From Myxococcota bacterium (lineage in GTDB: Bacteria > Myxococcota_A > UBA9160 > UBA4427), in assembly GCA_036336835.1 (NCBI GenBank), contig JAYZFK010000032.1:20398-84397 (forward strand): a DNA stretch of 64,000 nt. Reading direction: 5' to 3'. Below are positions 51,458 to 61,454 of this stretch, piece by piece. The position numbers were made by a program, and so were the translations under genes. The notes under the pieces are model-generated. The model had not been told where the DNA came from, did no database searches, and saw only the letters and a program-made list of their open reading frames with translations. How positions within the stretch are numbered: the stretch's first letter is position 1; each line of letters opens with the position of its first letter.

Positions 51458-53176
51458 GTGGTCGAGGTGTTCCGACACGACGTGATCATCGTCGGCGGCG
51501 GCGCTGCGGGCCTCCGCGCTGCCATCGCCGTGGCCGAAGCCGACCCGAGCCTGTCGTGCGCGGTCGTGTCGAAGGTCTACCCGATGCGCAGCCACACGGT
51601 CTCGGCCGAGGGCGGTGCCGCCGCGGTGGCCCGGGACGACGACTCGCTCGAGATGCACGGCTACGACACCGTCAAGGGGTCGGACTTCCTCGGGGACCAG
51701 GACGTCATCCAGTACTTCGTCGAGCAGGCGCCCCGGGAGCTGTCGCAGCTCGAGCGCTGGGGTTGCCCCTTCAGCCGCAACGAGGACGGCACGGTCGCGA
51801 CGCGCGCCTTCGGCGGCATGACGACCAAACGCACGTGGTACGCCACCGACAAGATCGGCTTCCACATGCTGCACGCGCTGTTCCAGACGTCGATGAAGTT
51901 CGACTCGATCGTCCGCTACGACGAGCACTTCGTCAGCAAGCTGGTGCTGGACGGCGGACAGGTGCGCGGCGTCGCCGCGCTCGATATTCGAACTGGCGAC
52001 GTGAAGCTGATCCTGGCGCGAGCAGTGATCGTGACCACCGGCGGCGGTGGCAAGATCTTCCCGTTCACGACCAACGGCATGATCAAGACGGGCGACGGCA
52101 TGGCGCTCGCCTACCGCTCCGGCGTGGCGCTGAAGGACATGGAGTTCGTTCAGTACCACCCGACGGGGCTGCCGGGTACGGGCATCCTGATCACGGAGGC
52201 CACGCGCGGCGAGGGCGGCCATCTCAAGAACAGCGAGGACGAGCGCTTCCTGGTCGAATATGACTACGGGGTCGGCGCCAAGGCAGAGCTCGGTCCGCGC
52301 GACATGATCTCGCGAGCGATCGTCCAGGAGGTCCGCGCTGGTCGCGGCATCGCCGGTCCGTACGGCGAGTTCGTGCACCTCGATCTCACCCATCTCGGCA
52401 AGGAGGTGATCGAGTCTCGGCTGCCGTTCGTGGTCGAGCTGTCACGAATCTACATCGGCGTCGACCCGGTGACCGAGCGAATTCCAGTTAGGCCGGTCGT
52501 CCATTACATGATGGGCGGCATCGACACCGACATCACCGCTGCGACCGACCTGCCGGGCCTGTACGCTGCAGGCGAGGTGGCCTGCGTCTCGCTCAATGGT
52601 GCCAACCGCCTCGGCAGCAACTCGCTCACCGAGTGTCTGGTGTTCGGCGCGCGCGCCGGCGAGGAGGCGGCCCAGTTCGTGCAGGGCACGGATGACGGCA
52701 ATGCCTCGGCGACCCAGACACAGGGCGAGGAGGAGGCCGCGCGCCTCGACGCGCTCCGCGGTCGCAAGCAGGGCGGCGAGAAGCTCTCGCAGATTCGACG
52801 CGAGCTGAACAAATCGATGGAAGAGGGCTGCGGTGTCTACCGGGAGCAGGCGTCGATGGCCGCAACGGTGCGCGAGGTGGCGAACCTGCGCGGCCGCGTC
52901 AGCGACCTGCGACTCGAGGACGAGAGCAGGGTGTTCAATACCGAGCTGATCGCAGCGCTCGAGCTGGCGAACATGGTCGACGTGGCCGAGGCGGTCGCGA
53001 ACTCGGCCCTGCAGCGCAAGGAGTCGCGGGGGGCCCACACCTGTGAAGACCACCCGACCCGCGACGACCAGAATTATCTCTACCACACGCTCTGCTACTT
53101 CGATCCGGCGGGTCCCCGCATCGAAAAGAAGGACGTGACGCTGGGAATCTGGGAGCCCGAGGAGCGGAAGTACTGA
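51458..53176 (+). CDS. frdA: Fumarate reductase/succinate dehydrogenase flavoprotein
   Basis: Motifs GGGAAGL, SKVYPMRSHTVSAEGG, QYHPTG, HYMMGG and GANRLGSNSL. Confidence 0.9.
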   Translation: MVEVFRHDVIIVGGGAAGLRAAIAVAEADPSLSCAVVSKVYPMRSHTVSAEGGAAAVARDDDSLEMHGYDTVKGSDFLGDQDVIQYFVEQAPRELSQLERWGCPFSRNEDGTVATRAFGGMTTKRTWYATDKIGFHMLHALFQTSMKFDSIVRYDEHFVSKLVLDGGQVRGVAALDIRTGDVKLILARAVIVTTGGGGKIFPFTTNGMIKTGDGMALAYRSGVALKDMEFVQYHPTGLPGTGILITEATRGEGGHLKNSEDERFLVEYDYGVGAKAELGPRDMISRAIVQEVRAGRGIAGPYGEFVHLDLTHLGKEVIESRLPFVVELSRIYIGVDPVTERIPVRPVVHYMMGGIDTDITAATDLPGLYAAGEVACVSLNGANRLGSNSLTECLVFGARAGEEAAQFVQGTDDGNASATQTQGEEEAARLDALRGRKQGGEKLSQIRRELNKSMEEGCGVYREQASMAATVREVANLRGRVSDLRLEDESRVFNTELIAALELANMVDVAEAVANSALQRKESRGAHTCEDHPTRDDQNYLYHTLCYFDPAGPRIEKKDVTLGIWEPEERKY

Positions 53177-53940
53177 TGAGTGCGAAGAAGACCTTCGTGA
53201 TTACGCGCTTCGATCCGGACAAGGACGAGGTACCGAAGACACAGAGCTACGAGATCGAATGTCAGGACGACTGGAAGGTCCTGGACGCGATCAACTTCAT
53301 CAAGGACGAGCTCGACGCTTCGCTGTCGTACCGCTGGTCGTGCCGCATGGCTGTGTGCGGCAGCTGCGGGATGATGGTCGACGGGGAGCCGAAGCTCACC
53401 TGCAAGACGGCGCTGTCGGACTACGGCGATACGCTCGAGATCGAGCCGCTCGCCAACTTCCCGATCGTGCGGGACCTGGTCGTGGAGCTCGAGGGCTTCA
53501 TGGACAAGGTCAAGCGCGTCAAGCCGTGGATCGTGAGCGCCAAGGAAGAGGCCGCGCATCGGGCCGCGGCCACGATGAAGGAAGGCACCTACCGCCAGAG
53601 CACCGAAGAGCTGATGGCATTCAAGCAGTTCAGCATGTGCATCAACTGCCTGCTCTGTTACTCGGCCTGCCCCGTGGTCGCCAACGAGCCCGACTTCCTC
53701 GGGCCGGCCGCGATCGCCCTCGGTCACCGCTACAACATGGACTCGCGCGACGACGGCCAGGCCGAGCGCAACGAGATCTTTCGGGGCGAGGGCACTGTGT
53801 TCTCGTGCTCGTATGCGAACGAGTGCAGCGAGGTGTGCCCGAAGGGCGTCGACCCGGCGGCGGCCGTGAACCAGGCCAAGCTCAACACCGTGATCGACTG
53901 GGCTGCGGGCTTCGTGGTGTCGCGTGGAGGAGACGAGTGA
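53176..53940 (+). CDS. frdB: Fumarate reductase iron-sulfur subunit
   Basis: Motifs SCRMAVCGSC, CINCLLCYSACP and CSYANECSEVCP. Confidence 0.9.
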   Translation: MSAKKTFVITRFDPDKDEVPKTQSYEIECQDDWKVLDAINFIKDELDASLSYRWSCRMAVCGSCGMMVDGEPKLTCKTALSDYGDTLEIEPLANFPIVRDLVVELEGFMDKVKRVKPWIVSAKEEAAHRAAATMKEGTYRQSTEELMAFKQFSMCINCLLCYSACPVVANEPDFLGPAAIALGHRYNMDSRDDGQAERNEIFRGEGTVFSCSYANECSEVCPKGVDPAAAVNQAKLNTVIDWAAGFVVSRGGDE

Positions 53941-54386
53941 TGCCGGCCAGGAAGGCTTCCCATCCGCAGGCGATGGCGCCCAGCGCGCCGGGCAGGACGC
54001 GCACGGCCCCCCCGGTGCAGCCCGGCTCGTGGCAGACGAGCAGACGCATGAAGCAGTACTCGCGCTTCGGCATGACCGGCTGGGTCTACCTGCTGGCGAG
54101 CATCTCGGCGATCGAGATGGTGTACGCGCTCGGCAGCGGTCCGGAGGCCTACGAGCGGATGCAGGGGGTGTTCGGCCACCCGCTCATGGTGCTGTTCCAC
54201 GCAATCTCGCTGTTCTCGGTCGGCTACGTGGTGGTGCGCTTCTTCGGTCTGTTCCCGAAGGCACAGCCGGCGCGCATCGGGCCCCTCAAGCCGCCGCCCG
54301 GGCCAGTGATTGCGGCCACGTTGTACGGCGCGTGGATCGGAATCACGCTCGTGCTGAGCGCCATCCTCGCGGGGGGGATCTTTTGA
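53940..54386 (+). CDS. frdC: Fumarate reductase membrane anchor C
   Basis: Three TM helices with GPEAY and FPKA, as in E. coli-type FrdC. Translationally coupled to frdB and frdD. Confidence 0.7.
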   Translation: MPARKASHPQAMAPSAPGRTRTAPPVQPGSWQTSRRMKQYSRFGMTGWVYLLASISAIEMVYALGSGPEAYERMQGVFGHPLMVLFHAISLFSVGYVVVRFFGLFPKAQPARIGPLKPPPGPVIAATLYGAWIGITLVLSAILAGGIF

Positions 54387-54751
54387 TGAGCCAGGGACAT
54401 CCGCTGCTGAAGTTCGAGCCGCTGATCTGGTTCTTGTTCGGTCAGGGCATCCTGGTCGGGTCGATCTTGATCACGAGCTGGCTACTCGTGGTCGGCATCC
54501 TGCACCCGCTCGGCATCGTGTCGCCCGAGGCGCTCGCCTACGAGCGCGCCCACATGCTGGCCTCGCACCCGGTCGGTCGCCTGGTGCTGCTCGGCATCCT
54601 GGCGCTGCCGGTCTGGAAGGGAGCCCACCACGTGCGCCATTTCTTCATCGACCGGGGCCACGCCGAGCGGGACAGCCTGATCGGACGCTTCTGCTACCTC
54701 GCCGCGATCCTGCTCTCCGTCGCGGCCCTGGTCAGCGTCGTCCGTCTCTGA
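54386..54751 (+). CDS. frdD: Fumarate reductase membrane anchor D
   Basis: EPLIWFLFGQG, WKGAHHVRH and CY resemble FrdD (EPVFWGLFGAG, HRMHH). Confidence 0.8.
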   Translation: MSQGHPLLKFEPLIWFLFGQGILVGSILITSWLLVVGILHPLGIVSPEALAYERAHMLASHPVGRLVLLGILALPVWKGAHHVRHFFIDRGHAERDSLIGRFCYLAAILLSVAALVSVVRL

Positions 54752-54949
54752 GCTCGCTGCGCATCGCGGATCGCCGCCCCGCGGGCGCATCCCTCCTCTC
54801 TGCCTCATGTGTGTGTTTTTCTCGACTGCGGCTTGACCGCGCGCGGGTGGTGCCCAGGCTTCCGCACATCACGAAACGGCACTGTCTCCCGCGGGTCGCG
54901 GGAATCGTGCAGGGCCTCCGGGGCTCCACTGCGGGGCCCGTCGTGGAAC

Positions 54950-54965
54950 GACACATTAATGTGTC
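54950..54965. promoter_or_regulatory. Perfect 16-bp palindrome GACACATTAATGTGTC just upstream of the hsp20 RBS
   Basis: Directly visible, 2 nt before AGGAG. Confidence 0.55.
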
Positions 54966-54979
54966 ATAGGAGTGCAGAG

Positions 54980-55408
54980 ATGGCGATCAACAGCCTGGTC
55001 CACCGCGGTTCCTTCCATCCCTTCAACCGGGCCCTCGGGTTTCGCAGCGCGACCCCGGGTGTCCATTTCACTCCCAGCATCGATACCGTCGAGAACGACG
55101 ACGCGTATCGGATCACCGCCGAGCTTCCGGGGCTCGATGACTCCGACTTCAAGATCGTGATCGAGGACGGCGTGCTCACCCTCGAGGGTGAGAAGAAGAG
55201 CCGCCACGAGAGCGACGAAGAAGAGACTCGCCCCGGCTATCGGCGCGTCGAGACCCGCTGGGGTCACTTCGTCCGCAGGCTTCGCTTCGGCGAGGACGTC
55301 GACGAGGACGGCGTGACGGCGTGCTACGAGAACGGCGTCCTGGAAGTGGTCGTTCCCAAGGTCGTCCAGGAGCGGAAGGTGAGAACCATCCCGGTCACCA
55401 GCGCCTGA
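54980..55408 (+). CDS. Hsp20/alpha-crystallin small heat-shock protein
   Basis: Motifs AELPGL, LTLEGEK, ETRWGHFVRRL and ACYENGVLEV. Confidence 0.9.
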   Translation: MAINSLVHRGSFHPFNRALGFRSATPGVHFTPSIDTVENDDAYRITAELPGLDDSDFKIVIEDGVLTLEGEKKSRHESDEEETRPGYRRVETRWGHFVRRLRFGEDVDEDGVTACYENGVLEVVVPKVVQERKVRTIPVTSA

Positions 55409-55451
55409 AGGTTCTGGAGCTTTCCGAGAATTCCGCAGGGATCCCGAGCGC

Positions 55452-56177
55452 TCAACGAGCGTCGTGGAAGATCAGTCCCAGGGTCACTCGCCGGCCCGAG
55501 TGGAGTCGGCTGACACCGTGCCGGACGCTGGCGCGGTAGGGACGCCGAGCGCCCGGCACCGGGCGCTCGGTATTCGGAAACACGACCGCCTCGCCGCGTG
55601 CCAGCGCGATCGCCTCGCCGCGGGACTGTTGCCGAGGCCGCTGCTCGACCAGCAGAAATTCGCCGCCCGTGAAATCCGACGGTTTCCCGTCGCGCTGCGC
55701 ATCGCCGGCAGAGCGTGAGAGCAGCACGGTCACCTGGAGCGGGAAGGCAACGTCGCCGTAGCGGTCCTGGTGCAGATTGTTGAATCCACCCTGCGCATAA
55801 CGAAGCAGGAGCGGGGTGGGCCGGGTCTGGCCTGCCGCCGCGCACGTGGCGAGGAAGTCCTCGAGTCGGGACGGAAAACGTGCGTCGCTGCCCAGGCGCT
55901 CCTGCCAGCGGTTCGCGATCGCGGCCAGCGGCGGATAGAGCGCCTGGCGCAGGAGGCGGACCAGCGGGGGCAGCGGGTTTGCGAAGTAGCGATAGGCGCC
56001 CTCGCCGAATCGGTGCGCTCTCATCTCGATGAAGCTTCGAAAGCGGGCCTCGTCGCCGTACAGGCGTTCCAGCGAGGCGCACTCGCGCGCTCCCAGGACG
56101 CCGGGCAGGCGCGCGTGGCCCACGTCGTCGATTTCGCTTGCGGCGGTCTCCCAGTCGATGCGCTCGAGCTTCGGCAT
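55452..56177 (-). CDS. 2OG-Fe(II) oxygenase (DUF2086-like)
   Basis: Motifs RPTPLLLRY, HQD, FTGGEF, RHGVS and TLGLIFHDA. Confidence 0.85.
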   Translation of the reverse strand: MPKLERIDWETAASEIDDVGHARLPGVLGARECASLERLYGDEARFRSFIEMRAHRFGEGAYRYFANPLPPLVRLLRQALYPPLAAIANRWQERLGSDARFPSRLEDFLATCAAAGQTRPTPLLLRYAQGGFNNLHQDRYGDVAFPLQVTVLLSRSAGDAQRDGKPSDFTGGEFLLVEQRPRQQSRGEAIALARGEAVVFPNTERPVPGARRPYRASVRHGVSRLHSGRRVTLGLIFHDAR

Positions 56178-56365
56178 TCCGCGAGGGAACCGGGACCGCG
56201 GCCCGTCCGCAAGCTCTTGCGCCCCGCGCGGTCCGAACCCCGTGCGCTGACCTGGACACGGGCCGCGGACTTCCTCCGATCGTGGGGTTCGCGTATGCTC
56301 GGCGCGCTGTCACCGGAGGCCTGGCCCCGGCAGGCGGTCCCGGAACCCGATGAGAGGCACCCCCT

Positions 56366-57490
56366 ATGGACTTCGGATTCAGTGACGAGCAGGAGCTGCT
56401 GCGCGCCGAGGTGCGCAAGTTCCTGGACCGCAGCGCGCCGCTCGAACAGGTGCGCAAGATCATGGCCAGCGACGCGGGGCTCGATCGCTCGCTGTGGGGC
56501 CAGATGGGCGAGCTCGGCTGGGTGGGTCTCTCGACTCCCGACGAGTACGGCGGGAGCGGCCTCGACCTGGTGACGCTGATCGTGCTGCTCGAGGAAACCG
56601 GTCGTACGCTGTTCCCCTCGCCGCTGATCTCGACCGTGGTGGCGGCGAAGGCGATCGAGCTGGCGGGCAGCGACGCGCAGAAGGCGCTCTGGCTGCCAGG
56701 GCTGGCCGAAGGGACGACGATCGGCAGCTTCGCCTATCTCGAGAGCAGCGACCGTCACGACCTCGACGGCATCGAGTTGCGGGGAAAACGCGAAGGGGAT
56801 GCGACGCTGCTGTCGGGGACCAAACAGCTGGTCTTCGACACCGCCTCGGCCGACCTGTTCGTGGTCGCCTATCGCAGCGCGCCCGAGCGCGACGCGGTAT
56901 CGCTCGCACTGGTCGAGCCCGGAGCGGCGGGGCTCGAGATCGACCACTTCCCGACCCTGGACGCGACCAAGCGGCTCGGTCGGCTGCGCTTCGAAGACGT
57001 TCGGATCGAAGCCGATCGGCGACTGGGCGAGGAGAGTGCGGCGGGCGCGGTCATCGCGCAGCTACTCGATCTCGGTGCGCTGCTCGTGACCGCCGAGGCC
57101 GTCGGGACCGCAGAGGGCGCGATCGCGACGACGAGCGAGTTCGCCAGGCAACGCGTGCAGTTCGGCTCGCCCATCGGCCGCTATCAGGGAGTCAAGCACC
57201 CACTTGCCGAGGCGCACGTCGACGTCGAGTCGTTCAAGTCGCTGGTCTACTACGCCGCATGGGCGCTCGACGAAGGGACGCCCGTTGCGTCGCAGGCCGT
57301 CTCGCGCGCCAAGGCCTACGCGAGCGAGGTCCTGCCTCGTATCGGGCTCGAGGGCGTCCAGCTGCACGGAGGTGTCGGCTACACAGCCGAGTACGACATC
57401 CAGCTCTATCTGAAACGCTCGAAGTGGGTGCGTCCCGCCTACGGCGACGCCGATCACCACTTCGAGAAGCTCGCAGCCGAGTCGCTCTAG
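56366..57490 (+). CDS. Acyl-CoA dehydrogenase family protein (first of a tandem pair)
   Basis: Motifs MDFGFSDEQ, EYGGSG, RVQFGSPIGRYQ and QLHGGVGY. Confidence 0.9.
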   Translation: MDFGFSDEQELLRAEVRKFLDRSAPLEQVRKIMASDAGLDRSLWGQMGELGWVGLSTPDEYGGSGLDLVTLIVLLEETGRTLFPSPLISTVVAAKAIELAGSDAQKALWLPGLAEGTTIGSFAYLESSDRHDLDGIELRGKREGDATLLSGTKQLVFDTASADLFVVAYRSAPERDAVSLALVEPGAAGLEIDHFPTLDATKRLGRLRFEDVRIEADRRLGEESAAGAVIAQLLDLGALLVTAEAVGTAEGAIATTSEFARQRVQFGSPIGRYQGVKHPLAEAHVDVESFKSLVYYAAWALDEGTPVASQAVSRAKAYASEVLPRIGLEGVQLHGGVGYTAEYDIQLYLKRSKWVRPAYGDADHHFEKLAAESL

Positions 57491-57502
57491 GAGGACGACA
57501 GC

Positions 57503-58663
57503 ATGGACTTCCAGCTCACGCCCGAGGAAGAGGCCTTTCGCGCCGAGGTGCGCGCGTTCCTGGACGAGAATCTGCCGCCGGCCGGAGAGCGCGGCCCCGG
57601 ATTCAACCAGGAATGGGACGCGAAGGTGCGCGCCAGGGGCTGGGTTGGCTTCTCGTGGCCGAAGGAGATCGGTGGCGGAGGCGGCTCGATCATGGAGCAG
57701 GTGATCCTGAAGGACGAGATGGCGCAGCGCCGCGCGCCCGCGCTGGGCAGCTGCTTCATGGGTCTCGCATGGGTCGGGCCGTCGCTGATCGAGTATGGAA
57801 CGCCCGAGCAGAAGGTCCGCTTCGTTCCGGACATTCTCGACAGCAAGTACCAGTGGTGCACCGGCTACTCGGAGCCGGATTCGGGGAGCGACCTCGCTTC
57901 GCTCAAGTGCAAGTGCGTGCGCGAGGGCGACGAGTACGTGGTCAACGGCCAGAAGATCTGGACCTCGATCGCGATGTGGTCGAAGTGGATGATTCTGTTG
58001 GTGCGCACGGATGCGGACTCCGAGGTCAAGCACGAGGGCATCACCTGTCTGTTGGTGCCGATGGACTCGCCGGGCATCGAGGTCCGGCCGATCGAGAACA
58101 TGGCGGGCACGTCGATGTTCGCAGAGGTGTTCTTCAACGACGTGCGGGTTCCCGTCGAGAATCGACTCGGCGAGGAGGGACAGGGCTGGCAGGTCACCGT
58201 CTCGGCGCTGGCGCACGAGCGCTCGGGCATCGCCGAGTTTCACGGTCTGATGCACAACCTCGAGAAGCTGAAGGACCTCGCTCGGCGCTGCAAGAAGAAC
58301 GGGGCGCCGGCGATCGAGGATCCGGAGATCCGGCGCCGGCTGCTTCGCGCCGAGATCAAGATCGAGGCGATGCGGCTGAACGGCACGCGCTACCTGACCA
58401 AGCAGCTGCGCGGCGAGAAGCTGGGCGCCGAGACGTCGATCAACAAGCTCCACCGAGCCAACCTCGAGATCGAGCTGGGGGAGATCGCGCTCGAGATCGA
58501 GGGCGGGCTGGGGGCGCTGAAGGTGGGCGCAGACGCTGTCCCCGACGACGGGCGCTGGCAGCACATGTCGATGTCCTGGCCGGAGGTCGTGATCGGCGGA
58601 GGCACCCCCAACATCCAGCGCAACATCATCGCCGAGCGCATCCTCGGGCTCCCCAAGGACTGA
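57503..58663 (+). CDS. Acyl-CoA dehydrogenase family protein (second of a tandem pair)
   Basis: Motifs YSEPDSGSDLASL, NGQKIWTS, EVFFNDVRVP and IGGGTPNIQRNII. Confidence 0.9.
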   Translation: MDFQLTPEEEAFRAEVRAFLDENLPPAGERGPGFNQEWDAKVRARGWVGFSWPKEIGGGGGSIMEQVILKDEMAQRRAPALGSCFMGLAWVGPSLIEYGTPEQKVRFVPDILDSKYQWCTGYSEPDSGSDLASLKCKCVREGDEYVVNGQKIWTSIAMWSKWMILLVRTDADSEVKHEGITCLLVPMDSPGIEVRPIENMAGTSMFAEVFFNDVRVPVENRLGEEGQGWQVTVSALAHERSGIAEFHGLMHNLEKLKDLARRCKKNGAPAIEDPEIRRRLLRAEIKIEAMRLNGTRYLTKQLRGEKLGAETSINKLHRANLEIELGEIALEIEGGLGALKVGADAVPDDGRWQHMSMSWPEVVIGGGTPNIQRNIIAERILGLPKD

Positions 58664-58667
58664 TCGG

Positions 58668-58946
58668 TTGAGCGAGGCCCGGCGCGCGCGAATCGAGGCC
58701 AAGCTGCGAGAGCGGTTGGCCGCGACGCGCGTCGAGTTGCTCGACGAGAGTCACCTGCACGCGGGACACGCGGGGGCCGCATCGGGCGCCGGACACTTCC
58801 GTGCGACGATCGTGTCCCAACGGTTCGCGGGCCTGTCTCGCGTGGAGGCTCAGCGACTCGTCTATCGGGCACTCTGTGACGAGATGGGCGATCAGATCCA
58901 CGCGCTGGCGATGCGCACGCTGACCCCCGACGAGGACGCGGCCTGA
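58668..58946 (+). CDS. bolA: BolA-family protein
   Basis: Motifs DESHLHAGH, GHF, FAGLSRV..RLVY and IHAL. Confidence 0.9.
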   Translation: MSEARRARIEAKLRERLAATRVELLDESHLHAGHAGAASGAGHFRATIVSQRFAGLSRVEAQRLVYRALCDEMGDQIHALAMRTLTPDEDAA

Positions 58947-59017
58947 GGCCGCTTCGCTTCGGACTCGGTCTGTGCGCGCTCTACGGCCCGCTGCGGGGGG
59001 CCGTGGATGCTGCCCAG

Positions 59018-59872
59018 CTATCTGTGGAGCATCTTGAGCCAGGTGCGCAGGTGCACGCTGAAGCCCGCTGCGTTGCGGTGTCCGCCGCCGCCGAGGCTCG
59101 ACGCGATCTCCGAGACGTCGAAGTCGCCGATCGAGTAGAGCGTGGCCCAGACACGGTCGCCGGTGATGCGGTAGACGCAGCCCCACGGCCTACCGTAGCG
59201 GGAGCGTTTTGCGAGCTCGTGGCCGATCGCGCTCCGGTTGGTACTGGCGTTGACGGCCTCGACCCGCTGCCCCTGGATCCACAGGCCCGCGCCTGCGTGC
59301 AGCATTCGTTCTACCTCGGTCCGGTTCGCGCGCACGAGCGGCTCACCTTCGCTCGCGAGATCGATGGCGCGGCGCCGTCCCAGCTCGTCCCAGGTTTCGA
59401 AGTCGAGGGGATACGAGCCGATCGCAGCGTTCACCTCGTGGGAGCGCGGTAGCTTCCACGACCACAGGTCCTGGTCTTCGACGTAGCGGAGGAGGTCCGG
59501 CACCGCTTCATCGGGCAAGAAGTAGTTCCACGCGAGCACCGCGCCCGAGTGCTCGAGATCGAAGTGGATGTGGTGGCCACGTCCCTCGATGGCGTTGTCG
59601 ACGGCCGGATCGGCTTCGATGCGATCGCGCGAGCTGACGTGGTGGTCGAGCACGATCAGCTGCGCCGTCGTCTCGGCGAGCACGATCAGCTCGTCCGTCG
59701 ACGGTGCGAAGTCGACGTACGCCACCTGCACACCGTCGAGATCGTCCGTGTTGATCGTGTCGTCGTGCCCGCGCGCACGGAATTCGGCGGCGTCGCCCCA
59801 TGCCTGTCGCACGGCCCAGGCCGCCCCCAGCCCATCGGGGCAGCCGGCGTGATAGAAGCAGACTCGGCGCAT
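59018..59872 (-). CDS. DHH/DHHA1 phosphoesterase
   Basis: Motifs YHAGCPDG, VDF, LDHH, SGA, EDQDLW and GGGGHRNAAGF. Confidence 0.85.
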   Translation of the reverse strand: MRRVCFYHAGCPDGLGAAWAVRQAWGDAAEFRARGHDDTINTDDLDGVQVAYVDFAPSTDELIVLAETTAQLIVLDHHVSSRDRIEADPAVDNAIEGRGHHIHFDLEHSGAVLAWNYFLPDEAVPDLLRYVEDQDLWSWKLPRSHEVNAAIGSYPLDFETWDELGRRRAIDLASEGEPLVRANRTEVERMLHAGAGLWIQGQRVEAVNASTNRSAIGHELAKRSRYGRPWGCVYRITGDRVWATLYSIGDFDVSEIASSLGGGGHRNAAGFSVHLRTWLKMLHR

Positions 59873-59957
59873 ATGAGGAGGGTACCGGATCGCCGCTCCA
59901 TCGCTTGCTAGATTGGCCAAGCTTCCGGATCCCTTCATGGAGGAATCCTTAAAACGG

Positions 59958-61442
59958 ATGCCCAGTGTCGAGATCAGTGTCGTGCAAGCGGTCGAGCTCG
60001 ACGAGCCGTGCAGTCCGTGCGCCGCCTACGAACGGATGCGTTCCGAAGCATTTCCGTGGATGCTCGAAAGCGCGCTCTTGCGCGACGACATCGGTCGCTA
60101 CTCGTTCGTCGGTGCGGATCCCTACGGGATTGCGCGGCTTCGCGGCGGATCTTGCGTGCTCGAGTGGCGGCGGCCGGTGCGCAAGTCTCCGATCGCGGGA
60201 CGGACCGAGGGCGTTCGCGATCCGTTCGAGTGGCTGCGCACACTGCTGCCGCCCCCGCCGGCCGAGTCGCCGTCGGCGATCGAGGAGATTCCGTTCCACG
60301 GAGGCGCCGTCGGCTATCTGGGTTATGAGCTCGGGGCGTCGAGCGAGCCAGTCACGCTCCGCGCCCGCGACGAGCTCGGTCTCGATGACCTGGTAATGCT
60401 GCTGGTCGATCGGGTACTCGTCTTCGATCACGCACTGCGTCGTGTCTGGTCGGTCGGCCTGGGATTCGGTGCCGACGTGTCGACTGCGCGCGCGCGCGCT
60501 GCACGGGCCAGCGCCGAGCTCGCCGAGCGGGTGCGCGGGCTGGACGTCGAGCCGAGCGGAGAGGGCGGCGAGCGGCCCCGCTGGCGGGCATTTGGCGACG
60601 CCCTGCCCGACGGCGCCAGGCTGCGTACCGATCCCGCGGTCTACGCGAAGTCGATCGCCGAGCTGCTGGAAGAGATCGCGTGCGGCAACGTGTACCAGGT
60701 CAACCTGACGCAGCGGATCGATCTTCCGTACCGCGGCGATCCGTGGGAGCTGTACTGCGCGCTGCGGCGCGGCAACCCCGCACCGTTTGCCGCCTGCATC
60801 GAGCTGCCCGAGGTCGCAGTGCTGTCGAGCTCTCCCGAGCGCTTCCTGAAGGTCGACCCGGCCGGATGCGTCCAGAGTCGGCCCATCAAGGGCACGCGGC
60901 CACGTGGGCGCGGCGCGCGCGAGGACGCGAACCTCGCCCACGAGCTGGCGCGCTCGCACAAGGACCGCGCCGAGAACCTGATGATCGCCGACCTCGTGCG
61001 CAATGATCTCGGGCAGGTATGCCGCATCGGATCCATCACGGTGCCGTCGCTGATGGCGATCGAGCCGTACGCGAGCGTATGGCAGATGGTGACGACGGTA
61101 GCGGGTGAGCTCGCGCCGGGACGCGACGCGGTCGATGCCCTGCGGGCCTGCTTTCCACCCGGGTCGATGACGGGGGCGCCCAAGATTGCGGCCATGCGCC
61201 GCATCGATCGGCTCGAGCCCGTGCGCCGGGGAATCTACTCCGGGGCGCTCGGCTACTTCGATGTCCGCGGAGGGATCGATACGAGCGTCGTGATCCGCAC
61301 ACTGCTGGTCCGCGACGGCCGAGCCCATCTGCACGTCGGCGGCGGTGTGGTGGCCGACTCGACGGCCGAGGGCGAGTACCGGGAGAGCCTCGACAAGGCG
61401 AACGCGTTGCTCGACGCCATCGAGCGCAGCGCATCCGGCTAG
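59958..61442 (+). CDS. pabB: Aminodeoxychorismate synthase component I (anthranilate synthase I family)
   Basis: Motifs LLES-like MLES, GYLGYE, YQVNL, SSPERFL, PIKGT, AENLMIADL and GSMTGAPK. Confidence 0.85.
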   Translation: MPSVEISVVQAVELDEPCSPCAAYERMRSEAFPWMLESALLRDDIGRYSFVGADPYGIARLRGGSCVLEWRRPVRKSPIAGRTEGVRDPFEWLRTLLPPPPAESPSAIEEIPFHGGAVGYLGYELGASSEPVTLRARDELGLDDLVMLLVDRVLVFDHALRRVWSVGLGFGADVSTARARAARASAELAERVRGLDVEPSGEGGERPRWRAFGDALPDGARLRTDPAVYAKSIAELLEEIACGNVYQVNLTQRIDLPYRGDPWELYCALRRGNPAPFAACIELPEVAVLSSSPERFLKVDPAGCVQSRPIKGTRPRGRGAREDANLAHELARSHKDRAENLMIADLVRNDLGQVCRIGSITVPSLMAIEPYASVWQMVTTVAGELAPGRDAVDALRACFPPGSMTGAPKIAAMRRIDRLEPVRRGIYSGALGYFDVRGGIDTSVVIRTLLVRDGRAHLHVGGGVVADSTAEGEYRESLDKANALLDAIERSASG

Positions 61443-61454
61443 CCGCGGATCGTT

